From an uncultured Chitinophagales bacterium (GTDB lineage Bacteria > Bacteroidota > Bacteroidia > Chitinophagales > JADIYW01): a stretch of 40,616 nt of DNA. Below, in pieces: positions 8,478-17,479 of this stretch. The number at the start of each line of letters is the position of its first letter. The first letter of the stretch is position 1. A model generated the notes under the pieces. The model had not been told where the DNA came from, ran no database searches, and worked only from the letters and a program-made list of their open reading frames with translations. Location of the stretch: the NCBI GenBank assembly GCA_964584555.1, contig CAZPBT010000004.1, positions 1 to 40,616 on the forward strand, in the 5' to 3' direction. Made by a program: the position numbers and the translations under genes.

Positions 8478-10238
8478 TTATTTCATTAGTTCCAGATAAA
8501 ATTGAGATAATGCTTCGGGCAGGTATTGCGGATGATGCACCAGTTGAAAAGCACCTTTGCCAAGCATCTGAGGTAAATAAAACTTGGCATTACTATCAAT
8601 AGCTAACGCAGAAATTTGAATATCGTCTTTTCTTACTTCGCGTACAGCTTGTTTTACGTCTTCTATACCATATTTGCCCTCGTAACGGTCATAATCATTA
8701 GGCTTCCCGTCTGTCAGTAACAATATCCATCTTTTTCGTGCCGTGTTGTTTTTCATTTGTTCATGTGCATTTCTTATTGCTGCGCCTATGCGCGTATATC
8801 CTTTTGGGCTAAGTGCACCAATACGATGTTTGCTGATATTCCAGTCTTCCGCCATTTTTTTTACTGTCTGATATTCACAGTGATTACGGGTTTTACTGGA
8901 GAATACATCAATTTGAAACGGCGTTCCATATCGGTTCAGCACTTCACAGAAAAGTAATAAAGATTGTTTTTCGGTATCTAATATACGATGCCCCTCCACG
9001 TAGCCATCTGTAGATAAGCTGATATCAGCCAGGATTAAAATAGCTGCATCTTTATTTTTCTTTCTCTTGGATAAAAAGATATTTTCACTTGGCGTGAAAC
9101 CTGAAAAAATATCAGTAAACCGCTCAGTAATGGCATCTAAATCAGGTTCTTCTCCATCACACTGACGACTTACTTTCTGGTAGGCATTGAAAAAATGATT
9201 TAGTTTTCTTTCTAAATTATGTAATATGTTCTTGTTTTTATTAAAAGTATATCGGGTATATTCCGGAGCTGTTTCTTTAAATGTCGATTCGTAAATATTG
9301 CAAAAGTTTTTTTTGTATTTTCTTTTCGTATAATCCCATTCATCCAGCTTTTTTGTAATTATTCCCGTGTTGTTTTCTGTCGCTTCTTTTATGCCTAGCG
9401 AGTTAAAAAAATCGGCATGCAATACCGAATGTGAAGGAGAATCTACTCGCACCATTTGGTTCATATTGAGTTCTTCCAGTGCTTCGCTGCTTTCTCCCAA
9501 GTCTTCATCATCTTCAAAATCCCGCCATTTGCCATTGAAGTCATCCAAGGTTTCAATTTTCTCAAAATTGTGTGTTAAAGTATATTCTTCCTGTTGTTTT
9601 TTGTTTACTTCCAGTACGTCTATGTTTTCTTTTGTCTTAGCATTTAATTCTACTACATCTTTATTGATTTCATTCAGTTGTTCCCATTGGTTTACTTTTT
9701 TATCTGCCGCATTATTTTGAAGATCGATATCATTGGCTAATAATTTTCCAAACCATTCTTTATGCCATGTATCTAAATTTTCATCGGTTTTTTCTAAACT
9801 TGAAAATAAAGCTTCGTAATGTGTAATCAGCAGCGGATATTCTTGTTGTAGTTTCTCAATTACGGCTGTGCTGAGTAGATATGCTTCATACAAACTGTTA
9901 GCTAATCCTGTTTCTTTTTGCAGGTTGATTTTTGTTTTTAATAATTGTTCTGCCTGCAAATAAAATACGCGGAAAATATAATAGAAGTAATTATCAGCAT
10001 AATCCGAAAACCGCGTGTACTTTTCCGGCAGGAAATAAATATTGTTTTTTGAACAGCTGTAATTTTCAACAGGAAAAATTTCAATGGCATTGCCGCTCAA
10101 TGAACGCGCTATTATGGTAAGTTTATTTTTAATGTCATTAAGATATACAGTAGTTTCCGGATTATCCGTGTTCTTTTCTTTTTGTAATGACGCTATAAAT
10201 TTCCATACTTTTTTAAATATAAGTTGGTCAATTTCCAT
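8478..10238 (-). CDS. norD: Nitric-oxide reductase activation protein NorD (C-terminal von Willebrand factor A domain)
   Basis: 586-aa ORF. The C-terminal VWA domain has a MIDAS DxSxS motif (LILADISLSTDG) and LLLTDGKPND. It overlaps the norQ stop by 1 nt and lies downstream of norCB. Confidence 0.85.
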   Translation of the reverse strand: MEIDQLIFKKVWKFIASLQKEKNTDNPETTVYLNDIKNKLTIIARSLSGNAIEIFPVENYSCSKNNIYFLPEKYTRFSDYADNYFYYIFRVFYLQAEQLLKTKINLQKETGLANSLYEAYLLSTAVIEKLQQEYPLLITHYEALFSSLEKTDENLDTWHKEWFGKLLANDIDLQNNAADKKVNQWEQLNEINKDVVELNAKTKENIDVLEVNKKQQEEYTLTHNFEKIETLDDFNGKWRDFEDDEDLGESSEALEELNMNQMVRVDSPSHSVLHADFFNSLGIKEATENNTGIITKKLDEWDYTKRKYKKNFCNIYESTFKETAPEYTRYTFNKNKNILHNLERKLNHFFNAYQKVSRQCDGEEPDLDAITERFTDIFSGFTPSENIFLSKRKKNKDAAILILADISLSTDGYVEGHRILDTEKQSLLLFCEVLNRYGTPFQIDVFSSKTRNHCEYQTVKKMAEDWNISKHRIGALSPKGYTRIGAAIRNAHEQMKNNTARKRWILLLTDGKPNDYDRYEGKYGIEDVKQAVREVRKDDIQISALAIDSNAKFYLPQMLGKGAFQLVHHPQYLPEALSQFYLELMK

Positions 10239-11020
10239 TAAAATATCATGGCTGTTAAATCAATTAATGCTTGTGTGGTTTCCTCATCGTCAGATAAAGG
10301 TTGTATTATGGCAGCATCACAAGCTGTTCGGGGTGGAATACCGGATACAATTAATTTAGCAGCATCAATTAAGAGCCGTGTTGAAGCAGGCTCAGATAAA
10401 CCTAATTCTACTAAGTTCCTGATTTTGTTGCCGAGTTTAACTAACTTTTCTGCCTCCGATTTGTTTATCCCGCTTTCCATCCCAACTATTTCTACTTCTA
10501 CTGCCGGTTTTGGATAGTTAAAAGGCAATGCAATAAAACGTTGTTTCGTAGATGGTTTTAATTCCTTCATGCCTCGCTGATAGCCGGGATTGTAGGATGC
10601 AACCAACATGAAACTGTCAGGTGCCTGTATTTCCGTATCTAAACGGTCAATAAACAAAGTGCGGCGATGGTCTGTAAGTGAATGAATAACGACCAAAATA
10701 TCCGGACGTGCTTCTGCTATTTCATCTAAGTATAAAATACATCCATTACGAACCGCTTTAGTCAATGGTCCGTCTTGCCAAACGGTTTCCATCCCTTTTA
10801 CCAAATACCTGCCTATCAAATCTACTGCAGATGTTTCTTCATTACAGGCTACGGTAATCAAATTCTTGTTTAGCTGCTGTGCCATATATTCAACAAATCT
10901 TGTTTTCCCGCAACCGGTAGGCCCTTTCAGTAATACCGGAAGCTTTTGTTGACAGGCATGTGCAAAAATATCGCACTCTTTTGCTATTGGTTTATAATAT
11001 ATCTCTTGCACAGTAATCAT
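10238..11020 (-). CDS. norQ: MoxR-class AAA+ ATPase NorQ/CbbQ
   Basis: 260-aa ORF. Walker A GPTGCGKT and Walker B ILYLDEI. CbbQ/NorQ length and context, between norB and norD. Confidence 0.9.
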   Translation of the reverse strand: MITVQEIYYKPIAKECDIFAHACQQKLPVLLKGPTGCGKTRFVEYMAQQLNKNLITVACNEETSAVDLIGRYLVKGMETVWQDGPLTKAVRNGCILYLDEIAEARPDILVVIHSLTDHRRTLFIDRLDTEIQAPDSFMLVASYNPGYQRGMKELKPSTKQRFIALPFNYPKPAVEVEIVGMESGINKSEAEKLVKLGNKIRNLVELGLSEPASTRLLIDAAKLIVSGIPPRTACDAAIIQPLSDDEETTQALIDLTAMIF

Positions 11021-11099
11021 CGTATTTTTATTTTAAAACGAACAACAATTATTTGTCGTGATTAATCATGAAAAGTCAACATGTCAATTACATAATACC

Positions 11100-12470
11100 T
11101 TATGCCATACTTGCTACTATTTCATCATCTGCCAGGTTAGGATCAACTAATGCCTCATCACTTGGCAGACCATATTGTATAAAATTATAAATAAACAAGA
11201 TAATACCGATAGTAAACAGCGATGCTGCTAGAAGCAAACCGATAAAGTGCACTTCTACTTCATGTTGTACTTTTAAAAAGTCCATACCCATTTTTCTTTC
11301 CAAATAGACTTGAGTAATACCGGCAACGGCAAATGCACCTGTCATTCCAATCATGCCGATATTGGAAATCCAGAAAGCTAACAGTCCGCTTAATGTGTTA
11401 TAAATTTTTCTTCCGGTCATTATTGGTAATGCATAACTGATGATAGCAAAAACCAGCATGGCATAAGCACCCCAGAATGCAAGATGACCGTGCATAGCTG
11501 TTACCAAAGTTCCATGAGTGTATAGATTCACACCCGGCAGAGTATGTGCAAATCCTAAGAATCCGGCACCTACAAATGACATAATAGCACAACCTATCGT
11601 CCATAGCAATGCAATTTTATTTGGATGGGAACGACCACTTTTTCTATACATGTTTACTGCGAAAAGTGCCATTCCCAAAAATGCCAACGGCTCTAGTGCT
11701 GAAAAAATACCACCAATCATTAACCAGTATCTCGGAGCACCTATGTAAAAATAATGATGTCCTGTGCCTAATATACCTGATAGAAAAGTAAGACCAACGA
11801 TAACATATAGCCACTTCTCAATAACTTCCCGATCAACGCCGGTAAGTTTAATTAATAAATAGGCTAATATAGATCCCATGATTAATTCCCATACACCTTC
11901 TACCCACAGATGCACTACCCACCAACGGAAATACGAATCAAAGGTTTGGTTTTCAAAATAAATCATGCCGGGCAGATACAACAATGCAGCAGATAATAAT
12001 CCGATATACAATACTATACTTGTAGTTGTATATCGTTTGCCTTTATACATTGTCATGCCAATATTAAATAGAAATAATAATACGTTGACTACAACTAAGT
12101 AATCCAATGGACGAGGGATTTCCAAGAATTTACGACCTTCCCACCAATTCAAGTGAAAGCCGATAATTGCTGTTACGCCCACTAAAATTAAAGAAACAAG
12201 TTGTACTATTGCCAGTTTTGGTGAATAGAGTTCGTTTTCTGCTTCATCCGGGATGATAAAATGTGCTGCTCCCATAAACCCCGTCAATAGCCATACGACT
12301 AAAAGGTTAGTGTGTGTAGCACGAGCAGCATTAAACGGAATGATATTATGCAAGCCATCCATGCCGATATGAGCGAAACCCATGATGAAGCCATAGATAA
12401 TCTGAAGACTTAGCAACAGCATACAGGTTGCGAAAAACCAGTATGCCAATTTTTGTGATTTATATCTCAT
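11100..12470 (-). CDS. norB: Cytochrome c-dependent nitric-oxide reductase large subunit (cNOR NorB)
   Basis: 456-aa, 12-TM ORF. It aligns along its whole length with canonical NorB as I recall it: ELYSPKLAI, WWVVHLWVEGVWELIMG (catalytic Glu cluster), GTGHHY, FSALEPL and HGHLAFWGAYAM. Confidence 0.95.
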   Translation of the reverse strand: MRYKSQKLAYWFFATCMLLLSLQIIYGFIMGFAHIGMDGLHNIIPFNAARATHTNLLVVWLLTGFMGAAHFIIPDEAENELYSPKLAIVQLVSLILVGVTAIIGFHLNWWEGRKFLEIPRPLDYLVVVNVLLFLFNIGMTMYKGKRYTTTSIVLYIGLLSAALLYLPGMIYFENQTFDSYFRWWVVHLWVEGVWELIMGSILAYLLIKLTGVDREVIEKWLYVIVGLTFLSGILGTGHHYFYIGAPRYWLMIGGIFSALEPLAFLGMALFAVNMYRKSGRSHPNKIALLWTIGCAIMSFVGAGFLGFAHTLPGVNLYTHGTLVTAMHGHLAFWGAYAMLVFAIISYALPIMTGRKIYNTLSGLLAFWISNIGMIGMTGAFAVAGITQVYLERKMGMDFLKVQHEVEVHFIGLLLAASLFTIGIILFIYNFIQYGLPSDEALVDPNLADDEIVASMA

Positions 12471-12496
12471 GTCAAATAATTTTAAGAGTTGATAAT

Positions 12497-13201
12497 TTAT
12501 TTAAGCGTTCCCAAGTAAACAACTAATGCATTTACATCGGCATCTGATAAAGGTAACTTCGGCATTTTGGTGTCTGCCTTTACTGATTGTGGGTCTTTTA
12601 TCCATTTATGTAAATAAGCTTCATCAAATTTGCGACCTACAGTATCCAATGCAGGTCCTACATTGCCACCTGCACCACTTACACTGTGACAAGCGCTGCA
12701 TACATTTTTAAATGTAGCAGGTTGTAATGCAAGTAAAGCAGTATCAGTAGTAACGCTTGTGTTAGATGCAGCATCCGGTGCAACTTGTAAATTTGGCTTA
12801 GCAGGGAATCCGTTCAAGTCCATTTTGCCAATCCAGTCAAAGAATGCAATTAAATCGTCAATTTGTTGATTATTGAAATGATAATTAATCATTTTACGTT
12901 CACCGGGATACATGGCTTGTGGATCTTTTAAAAATATCTTTATCCAATCTTTACCTCTGCGTTCTATTACTTTTGTAAGTTCGGGTGCATAATAAGCTCC
13001 TTCACCTAATATGGTATGGCAACCCATACAATTATTTTTATCCCATATTTCCTTCCCTCTGTTTACCGCTTCCGTTAAATTTTGCTGGTGGGTTTGATTA
13101 GGTACTTTCCTTACGGTATCAATAGTGAGTAACAAAAATACTCCGGTGAATAATAATGTGCCAGCTACGAAAAAGAACCGAGCTTGTGATTTAGTGAGCA
13201 T
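12497..13201 (-). CDS. norC: NorC (cNOR small subunit) with an additional C-terminal class I cytochrome c domain (dihaem)
   Basis: 234-aa ORF. N-terminal TM anchor. NorC-like WDKNNCMGCHTILGEGAYYAPEL (CxxCH at C58-H62). A second CSACH (C168-H172) with a downstream TKMPKL Met ligand lies in an extra ~90-aa domain. Confidence 0.9.
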   Translation of the reverse strand: MLTKSQARFFFVAGTLLFTGVFLLLTIDTVRKVPNQTHQQNLTEAVNRGKEIWDKNNCMGCHTILGEGAYYAPELTKVIERRGKDWIKIFLKDPQAMYPGERKMINYHFNNQQIDDLIAFFDWIGKMDLNGFPAKPNLQVAPDAASNTSVTTDTALLALQPATFKNVCSACHSVSGAGGNVGPALDTVGRKFDEAYLHKWIKDPQSVKADTKMPKLPLSDADVNALVVYLGTLK

Positions 13202-13219
13202 AGAATTAAATTTTAAGAT

Positions 13220-13244
13220 TAAAAGATACGAATATCCGAATACG
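13220..13244. promoter_or_regulatory. Diverged third copy of the GATAT/ATATCC operator-like motif, upstream of norC
   Basis: TAAAAGATACGAATATCCGAATACG lies 19-43 nt upstream of the norC ATG. By my hand alignment it shares AAAAGATA...ATATCC (16/25) with the 19372 copy. Confidence 0.35.
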
Positions 13245-13313
13245 AAATTACGGTTAGTATCTAAATTAAAAGATGATTTTTATCATAACTTTAGATAAAC
13301 TCAATATTAATTT

Positions 13314-14528
13314 TCAAGAAAGACAGGCTGATTTATTTTTAACAGCAGATATAAGCATACTAAAAATACCTGCTGTCATGCCGATACTACAAGCTAACAA
13401 CAAATTATTCCACCGGCTTGTGAATAGCGGTATATTTATTACGGAAGAAAAGAGCAAAAATTCGTAAATCAAAAAGAAAACAAAAAAAAGCAGCATGTTG
13501 TTTATCTTATCAAAAGTATTATTCAGTATTTCTCTTTGAATAAAATACCAGTAACTCAGCCAAATTGTACCTATAAATGTGAGATGTAAAAAACCGATGA
13601 TAACATGTCGGTTAGCAAAAATATCAAAATTGAAGACAGGCAAAGTAATAACGAACATCATCAGAAATTTGATACAGAAAAAAATAAAAATTACAGACTT
13701 TAAATCAAAAGTTGAATTTTTATTATGGGCTGATTTTCTTACTTGTAAAACAGTACTTACAAATACGAAAATTTGTAACAAAGCACCTGCAAAAGCAATG
13801 CAATGTATTATAAAAGCAGGTTTGCACCATAGTACTGAAATGAAATAGGAGAGTAGGGTGGCTAATGCAAATAAGTGTATGTTTCGTCTCAATATGCGTT
13901 TGTCGTCAAAAGCATTTTCAATACTCAACTTGTTGCAAAATAATGCAAAAACACAAAAGGTAAAAAACCCGTTGTATTGAAAATGCAAATAAAAATAAAC
14001 AGTATTGTAATAAATTGATTTGCCTGCAAATTTTAGAGCCATGAGTGGTCCCATGCACCACAATGCAAGAGAAGAAAAGAACATGAAAAAAATTGCATAT
14101 TGCAAAAATAAAGCAGTATCGCAGTTCTCCATTTTTTTTATACCCAGCCAAACGCGATAGGCAAAGTAATAGGTGGTGAAAAGGTAAATCATAGATGCAA
14201 CTATACCTGGCGCTTTATAGCCGTATATTGCAAAAACGACCAATAGCATATAGCTTTCAATCAAAAAAACATAAAATAATTTTGGACTTACGCTATTGTT
14301 TATTGTAGAAAATGAGGTGCGAAGGGCAGTAAGGCAACTTAGTAATAACACACCTGAAAACGCGAAATGCGAATGCGCTTCCAGTAGGTTTTTATAGCTG
14401 ATATTATAAAGGGCATGAGTTTGTAAATAGCGCAGCAATGTACCGACCAGAGCCAGTATTAAAAAGTTGAACAAAAGAAGTTTTGTTTCTTTGAAGAATG
14501 TAAAAATTTCTATAGCATTATTTCGCAA
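13314..14528 (-). CDS. Polytopic (about 12 TM) membrane protein of unknown function; weak NnrS-like features
   Basis: 404-aa ORF, very hydrophobic and Phe-rich, with an obligatory non-ATG (TTG) start. Intramembrane His motifs EAHSHFAFSG, YLHFQYNGFF and GFLHLTFIG recall the NnrS HxHxxxFG and H..T.G motifs. It sits between sco1 and norC. Confidence 0.6.
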   Translation of the reverse strand: MRNNAIEIFTFFKETKLLLFNFLILALVGTLLRYLQTHALYNISYKNLLEAHSHFAFSGVLLLSCLTALRTSFSTINNSVSPKLFYVFLIESYMLLVVFAIYGYKAPGIVASMIYLFTTYYFAYRVWLGIKKMENCDTALFLQYAIFFMFFSSLALWCMGPLMALKFAGKSIYYNTVYFYLHFQYNGFFTFCVFALFCNKLSIENAFDDKRILRRNIHLFALATLLSYFISVLWCKPAFIIHCIAFAGALLQIFVFVSTVLQVRKSAHNKNSTFDLKSVIFIFFCIKFLMMFVITLPVFNFDIFANRHVIIGFLHLTFIGTIWLSYWYFIQREILNNTFDKINNMLLFFVFFLIYEFLLFSSVINIPLFTSRWNNLLLACSIGMTAGIFSMLISAVKNKSACLS

Positions 14529-14540
14529 AACAAATAATTA

Positions 14541-15167
14541 CTATTGCAAAAGTAACTTTAATTTTTCACTTGATTCTTTTGGGTCAACAGCTAACCCAAT
14601 TTGCTGATATACGATATTGCCATTTGAATTGAGGATATGAATGATGTTGGAATGATCAAAACTACCGTCAGCTTGTTTATTGATGCGTACATTAAGTACA
14701 CCAGCAATGTCTTCTACATCATTTTGAGCTCCTGTTAATAAAGTCCAGTTGTTCAAGTCTAGTTTGTGTTCTGCTGCAAATTTTTTTAACTGTTCAGGAT
14801 TATCCCGCTCCGGATCCATAGAAATTAAAACAAATGAAACGTCTTTGCGCTTTTCAGCGGGAATTTCATTTTCAATACGTTGAATGTCGGCGGTAATACG
14901 AGGGCATGCAGACTGGCAGTTGGTGAAAATCATAGCAACTAACGTGGCTTTTTTATGAAAATCAGCCAGCGTAACTTTTTGACCATCTTGCGTCGTCCAT
15001 ACTGATTGTAAATCGTGTAAACTTATCGTAGAATCAAAACTTAGTTTACTATTGTTTGTTTGTTCTTTTTTGCAACAATCGTCTTTTTCTTTATGTTGAT
15101 TATTTTTACAAGAAATAAAAAACAGTATAATAATAAACGGGATAAAATTCTTGATATTCATTGTCAT
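14541..15167 (-). CDS. SCO1/SenC-family copper chaperone (thioredoxin fold), lipoprotein
   Basis: 208-aa ORF. Lipobox FFISC. CxxxCP copper-binding motif FTNCQSACPRI and a downstream conserved His (FDHSN). Confidence 0.85.
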   Translation of the reverse strand: MTMNIKNFIPFIIILFFISCKNNQHKEKDDCCKKEQTNNSKLSFDSTISLHDLQSVWTTQDGQKVTLADFHKKATLVAMIFTNCQSACPRITADIQRIENEIPAEKRKDVSFVLISMDPERDNPEQLKKFAAEHKLDLNNWTLLTGAQNDVEDIAGVLNVRINKQADGSFDHSNIIHILNSNGNIVYQQIGLAVDPKESSEKLKLLLQ

Positions 15168-15180
15168 AATTTTTTGAAGA

Positions 15181-15963
15181 TTATTTATTAGCTTTTATAT
15201 TAGCCACGCATCTGAAACCTAAATTGGGCTGAGCGTAATTGGCTTTTAAACTTGATCGCATGGCATATCGCATGAAAGCAGCATAATTTCCGGGGTTTTT
15301 AGAACCGTTAGAAGCAGCACCGCAGAACTCATTTTTATCAACATTATTGCCGTCTCTGGAATCTTTAACAGAAAGAGCCGAAATAAAATCCTGATTCCAC
15401 TCCCAAACTAACCCATGTATATCATATACTCCATATATATTTTTAAAAGTTTTTCCTACAGCCTGAAATTGTTTGGGTGTCGATTTGCCATACCAATCTA
15501 AAATTCTTTGATTAAATTTTTTGTCATTTGTCGCATCTTTTTGTGTTTCTGATGCCAATGCTACAAACTCCCATTCTTTTACCGTAGGCAATCGCTTACC
15601 CTGGCATTCACAATACTTTTTAGCCGCAAACCAGGAAACATAAACAACCGGACTGTTACGTTCTGTACTGTTTGATTTTCCAAATGTAGAATCTGTTGCC
15701 CAATTCTTTAGGTAATTTTTATCTGCGAAAATCGGTTTGATTTTATTTCGTTGCCATTGAGGATGCTGTTTCACAAACTTTTCATATTCGGCATTCGTAA
15801 CTGGGTATTTATCTATATAAAATGATTTTACTTCAACTTTTCCCGAATCTAAAGAATAGAGCGGTACATAAGTACCGCCCTTGATAAACACCATACTATG
15901 AGGCGTTTGCCCCAACACAAAAATGAAAATACTTGAAAATATACTTAATACTAATTGTTTCAT
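15181..15963 (-). CDS. nirV: Periplasmic formylglycine-generating-enzyme (FGE/SUMF1) family protein, NirV-type
   Basis: 260-aa ORF with a signal peptide. FGE-sulfatase domain motifs PVVYVSWFAAKKYCECQGKRLPTVKEWEF, GLVWEWNQD and LGFRCV. It lies immediately downstream of nirK with a 1-nt gap. Confidence 0.8.
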   Translation of the reverse strand: MKQLVLSIFSSIFIFVLGQTPHSMVFIKGGTYVPLYSLDSGKVEVKSFYIDKYPVTNAEYEKFVKQHPQWQRNKIKPIFADKNYLKNWATDSTFGKSNSTERNSPVVYVSWFAAKKYCECQGKRLPTVKEWEFVALASETQKDATNDKKFNQRILDWYGKSTPKQFQAVGKTFKNIYGVYDIHGLVWEWNQDFISALSVKDSRDGNNVDKNEFCGAASNGSKNPGNYAAFMRYAMRSSLKANYAQPNLGFRCVANIKANK

Positions 15964-15964
15964 A

Positions 15965-17446
15965 TTACTTTGCAGCTGACGGAGCTGATGTTTTTCTTAC
16001 ACCTGCAACCTGTTGAGGAGTAACTTCACCACCTTCGTTTCCAAAATTATTTAAAACATACGTAATTACATTGGCAACTTCTTCATCACTTAATGTTTGT
16101 TGTGGCATAATGCCATTAAATGTTTTGCCATTAACTGTAATTGGAGTGGATAAACCATGAACTACTGCACTGATTGCTTTGTTAGGATTGCCTTTAAAAT
16201 AATCGGAGGCTGCTAAAGGTGGAAATGCATTTGGTATGCCTTTGGCATCAGGTTGATGACAAGCCTGACATACGCTGGTATATACTGTTTTTCCTTTCGC
16301 TATACGTTCATCTTTATTTTTAGCTGAAGGTGCAAGTTGCGACTGTTCAGGTATGGTCTGTATCGCACTGCCTTCACTATGCAGTACATTGTCAGATAGC
16401 TGACCGGAATATACTTGTTTGTTTTCATTACCACTAACTGTAAGAATACCTAATGCACCTTTATTAAATGTACGGAAAATGGCATGATCTACCAGTATAA
16501 AATTGCCCGGTATTTCACATCTGAATTCTGTAATGGCTGAGCCACCGGCAGGTATAGCTGTAGTCTGAACATTATGATTTAACAGGTCGCCACCTTCTAC
16601 TCTTACATTGTCGAATACTTCACCAATTACATGGAAAGAAGATAACAAGTTAGGCCCACCATTACCTACAAATAATCTTACTTTCTCGCCTGTTTTAGCT
16701 TTCAACACATTATCGCCTGTCAATGCACCTACCTTTCCGTTAAATAATACATAGTCAGGATTTTCTTCTAATGCTTTAGCCATGTCAAAAGGTTGTGTGC
16801 CACTTTCGCCGTAAGCTCCTTTAGTATAGAAATCTCCCTGACATACATAAAATTCTTTGTCTACTTTCGGCATTCCTTCTTTTGGTTCTACTAATATCAA
16901 ACCATACATACCATTGGCAATATGCATACCCACGGGTGCTGTAGCACAGTGATAGATGAATAATCCTTTGTTTAACGCTGTAAATGAGAATACAGTTTCA
17001 TGTCCGGGTGCGGTAAATGTAGAAGATGCACCACCACCTTGTCCGGTTACGGCATGTAAATCTATGTTGTGAGGTAGTTTGCTGCTCGCATTATTTTTTA
17101 AGTGAAATTCTACAAAATCACCTTCGCGTACACGTATAAATTTGCCGGGTACTGTTCCGCCGAATGTCCAGAAGTTGTACTTTACTCCATCCATAATTTC
17201 CATTTCTTTTTCTATTACTTCCAGTTCTACTATTACTTTAGTAGCATGAGTTCTGGTGATTGGTGGTGGTACCATCGGCGGATCTGTAAGAATTGCTTTT
17301 TCTTCGCCTACTATTTTTTCCGTAGGGTCTGATGACCAGATTTCTTTTTGTTCATTTGAATTGTTTTTGCATGCTGTAAAAAACATGGTTAGAGCCAATA
17401 AGAACATGATTCCTAATGTTGGCCTTGATACTGGAATTGATTTCAT
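15965..17446 (-). CDS. nirK: Copper-containing nitrite reductase NirK with a fused C-terminal cytochrome c domain; lipoprotein-type signal
   Basis: 493-aa ORF. Lipobox FFTAC. Cu ligand motifs [10 protein letters not shown] and [19 protein letters not shown]. Two cupredoxin domains are followed by a C-terminal ~110-aa domain carrying VCQACH and NGIMPQQ. Confidence 0.95.
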   Translation of the reverse strand: MKSIPVSRPTLGIMFLLALTMFFTACKNNSNEQKEIWSSDPTEKIVGEEKAILTDPPMVPPPITRTHATKVIVELEVIEKEMEIMDGVKYNFWTFGGTVPGKFIRVREGDFVEFHLKNNASSKLPHNIDLHAVTGQGGGASSTFTAPGHETVFSFTALNKGLFIYHCATAPVGMHIANGMYGLILVEPKEGMPKVDKEFYVCQGDFYTKGAYGESGTQPFDMAKALEENPDYVLFNGKVGALTGDNVLKAKTGEKVRLFVGNGGPNLLSSFHVIGEVFDNVRVEGGDLLNHNVQTTAIPAGGSAITEFRCEIPGNFILVDHAIFRTFNKGALGILTVSGNENKQVYSGQLSDNVLHSEGSAIQTIPEQSQLAPSAKNKDERIAKGKTVYTSVCQACHQPDAKGIPNAFPPLAASDYFKGNPNKAISAVVHGLSTPITVNGKTFNGIMPQQTLSDEEVANVITYVLNNFGNEGGEVTPQQVAGVRKTSAPSAAK

Positions 17447-17479
17447 TTTGATAAGTTTATTGTGATTAAATGATTTTAA

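Noticed and set aside
8757-10517. Plus-strand ORFs (62-117 aa) antisense to norD and norQ
   Set aside because: They are shadow ORFs with Ser/Phe-rich low-complexity translations, lying entirely within confidently assigned genes.
8478-11020. MoxR-AAA+ plus VWA pair as a possible stand-alone stress or defence-type module
   Set aside because: Their position directly after norCB, the 1-nt overlap and the CbbQ/NorQ and NorD hallmarks identify them as the standard cNOR assembly factors.
11398-11791. ORFs of 60-76 aa on both strands inside norB, and similar ones inside norC, the 12-TM gene, nirK and the porin
   Set aside because: They are overlap artefacts in long, confidently assigned coding regions.
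13273-13467. 64-aa plus-strand ORF spanning the norC upstream gap
   Set aside because: Most of it is antisense to the 3' end of the 12-TM gene, and I see no supporting signals.
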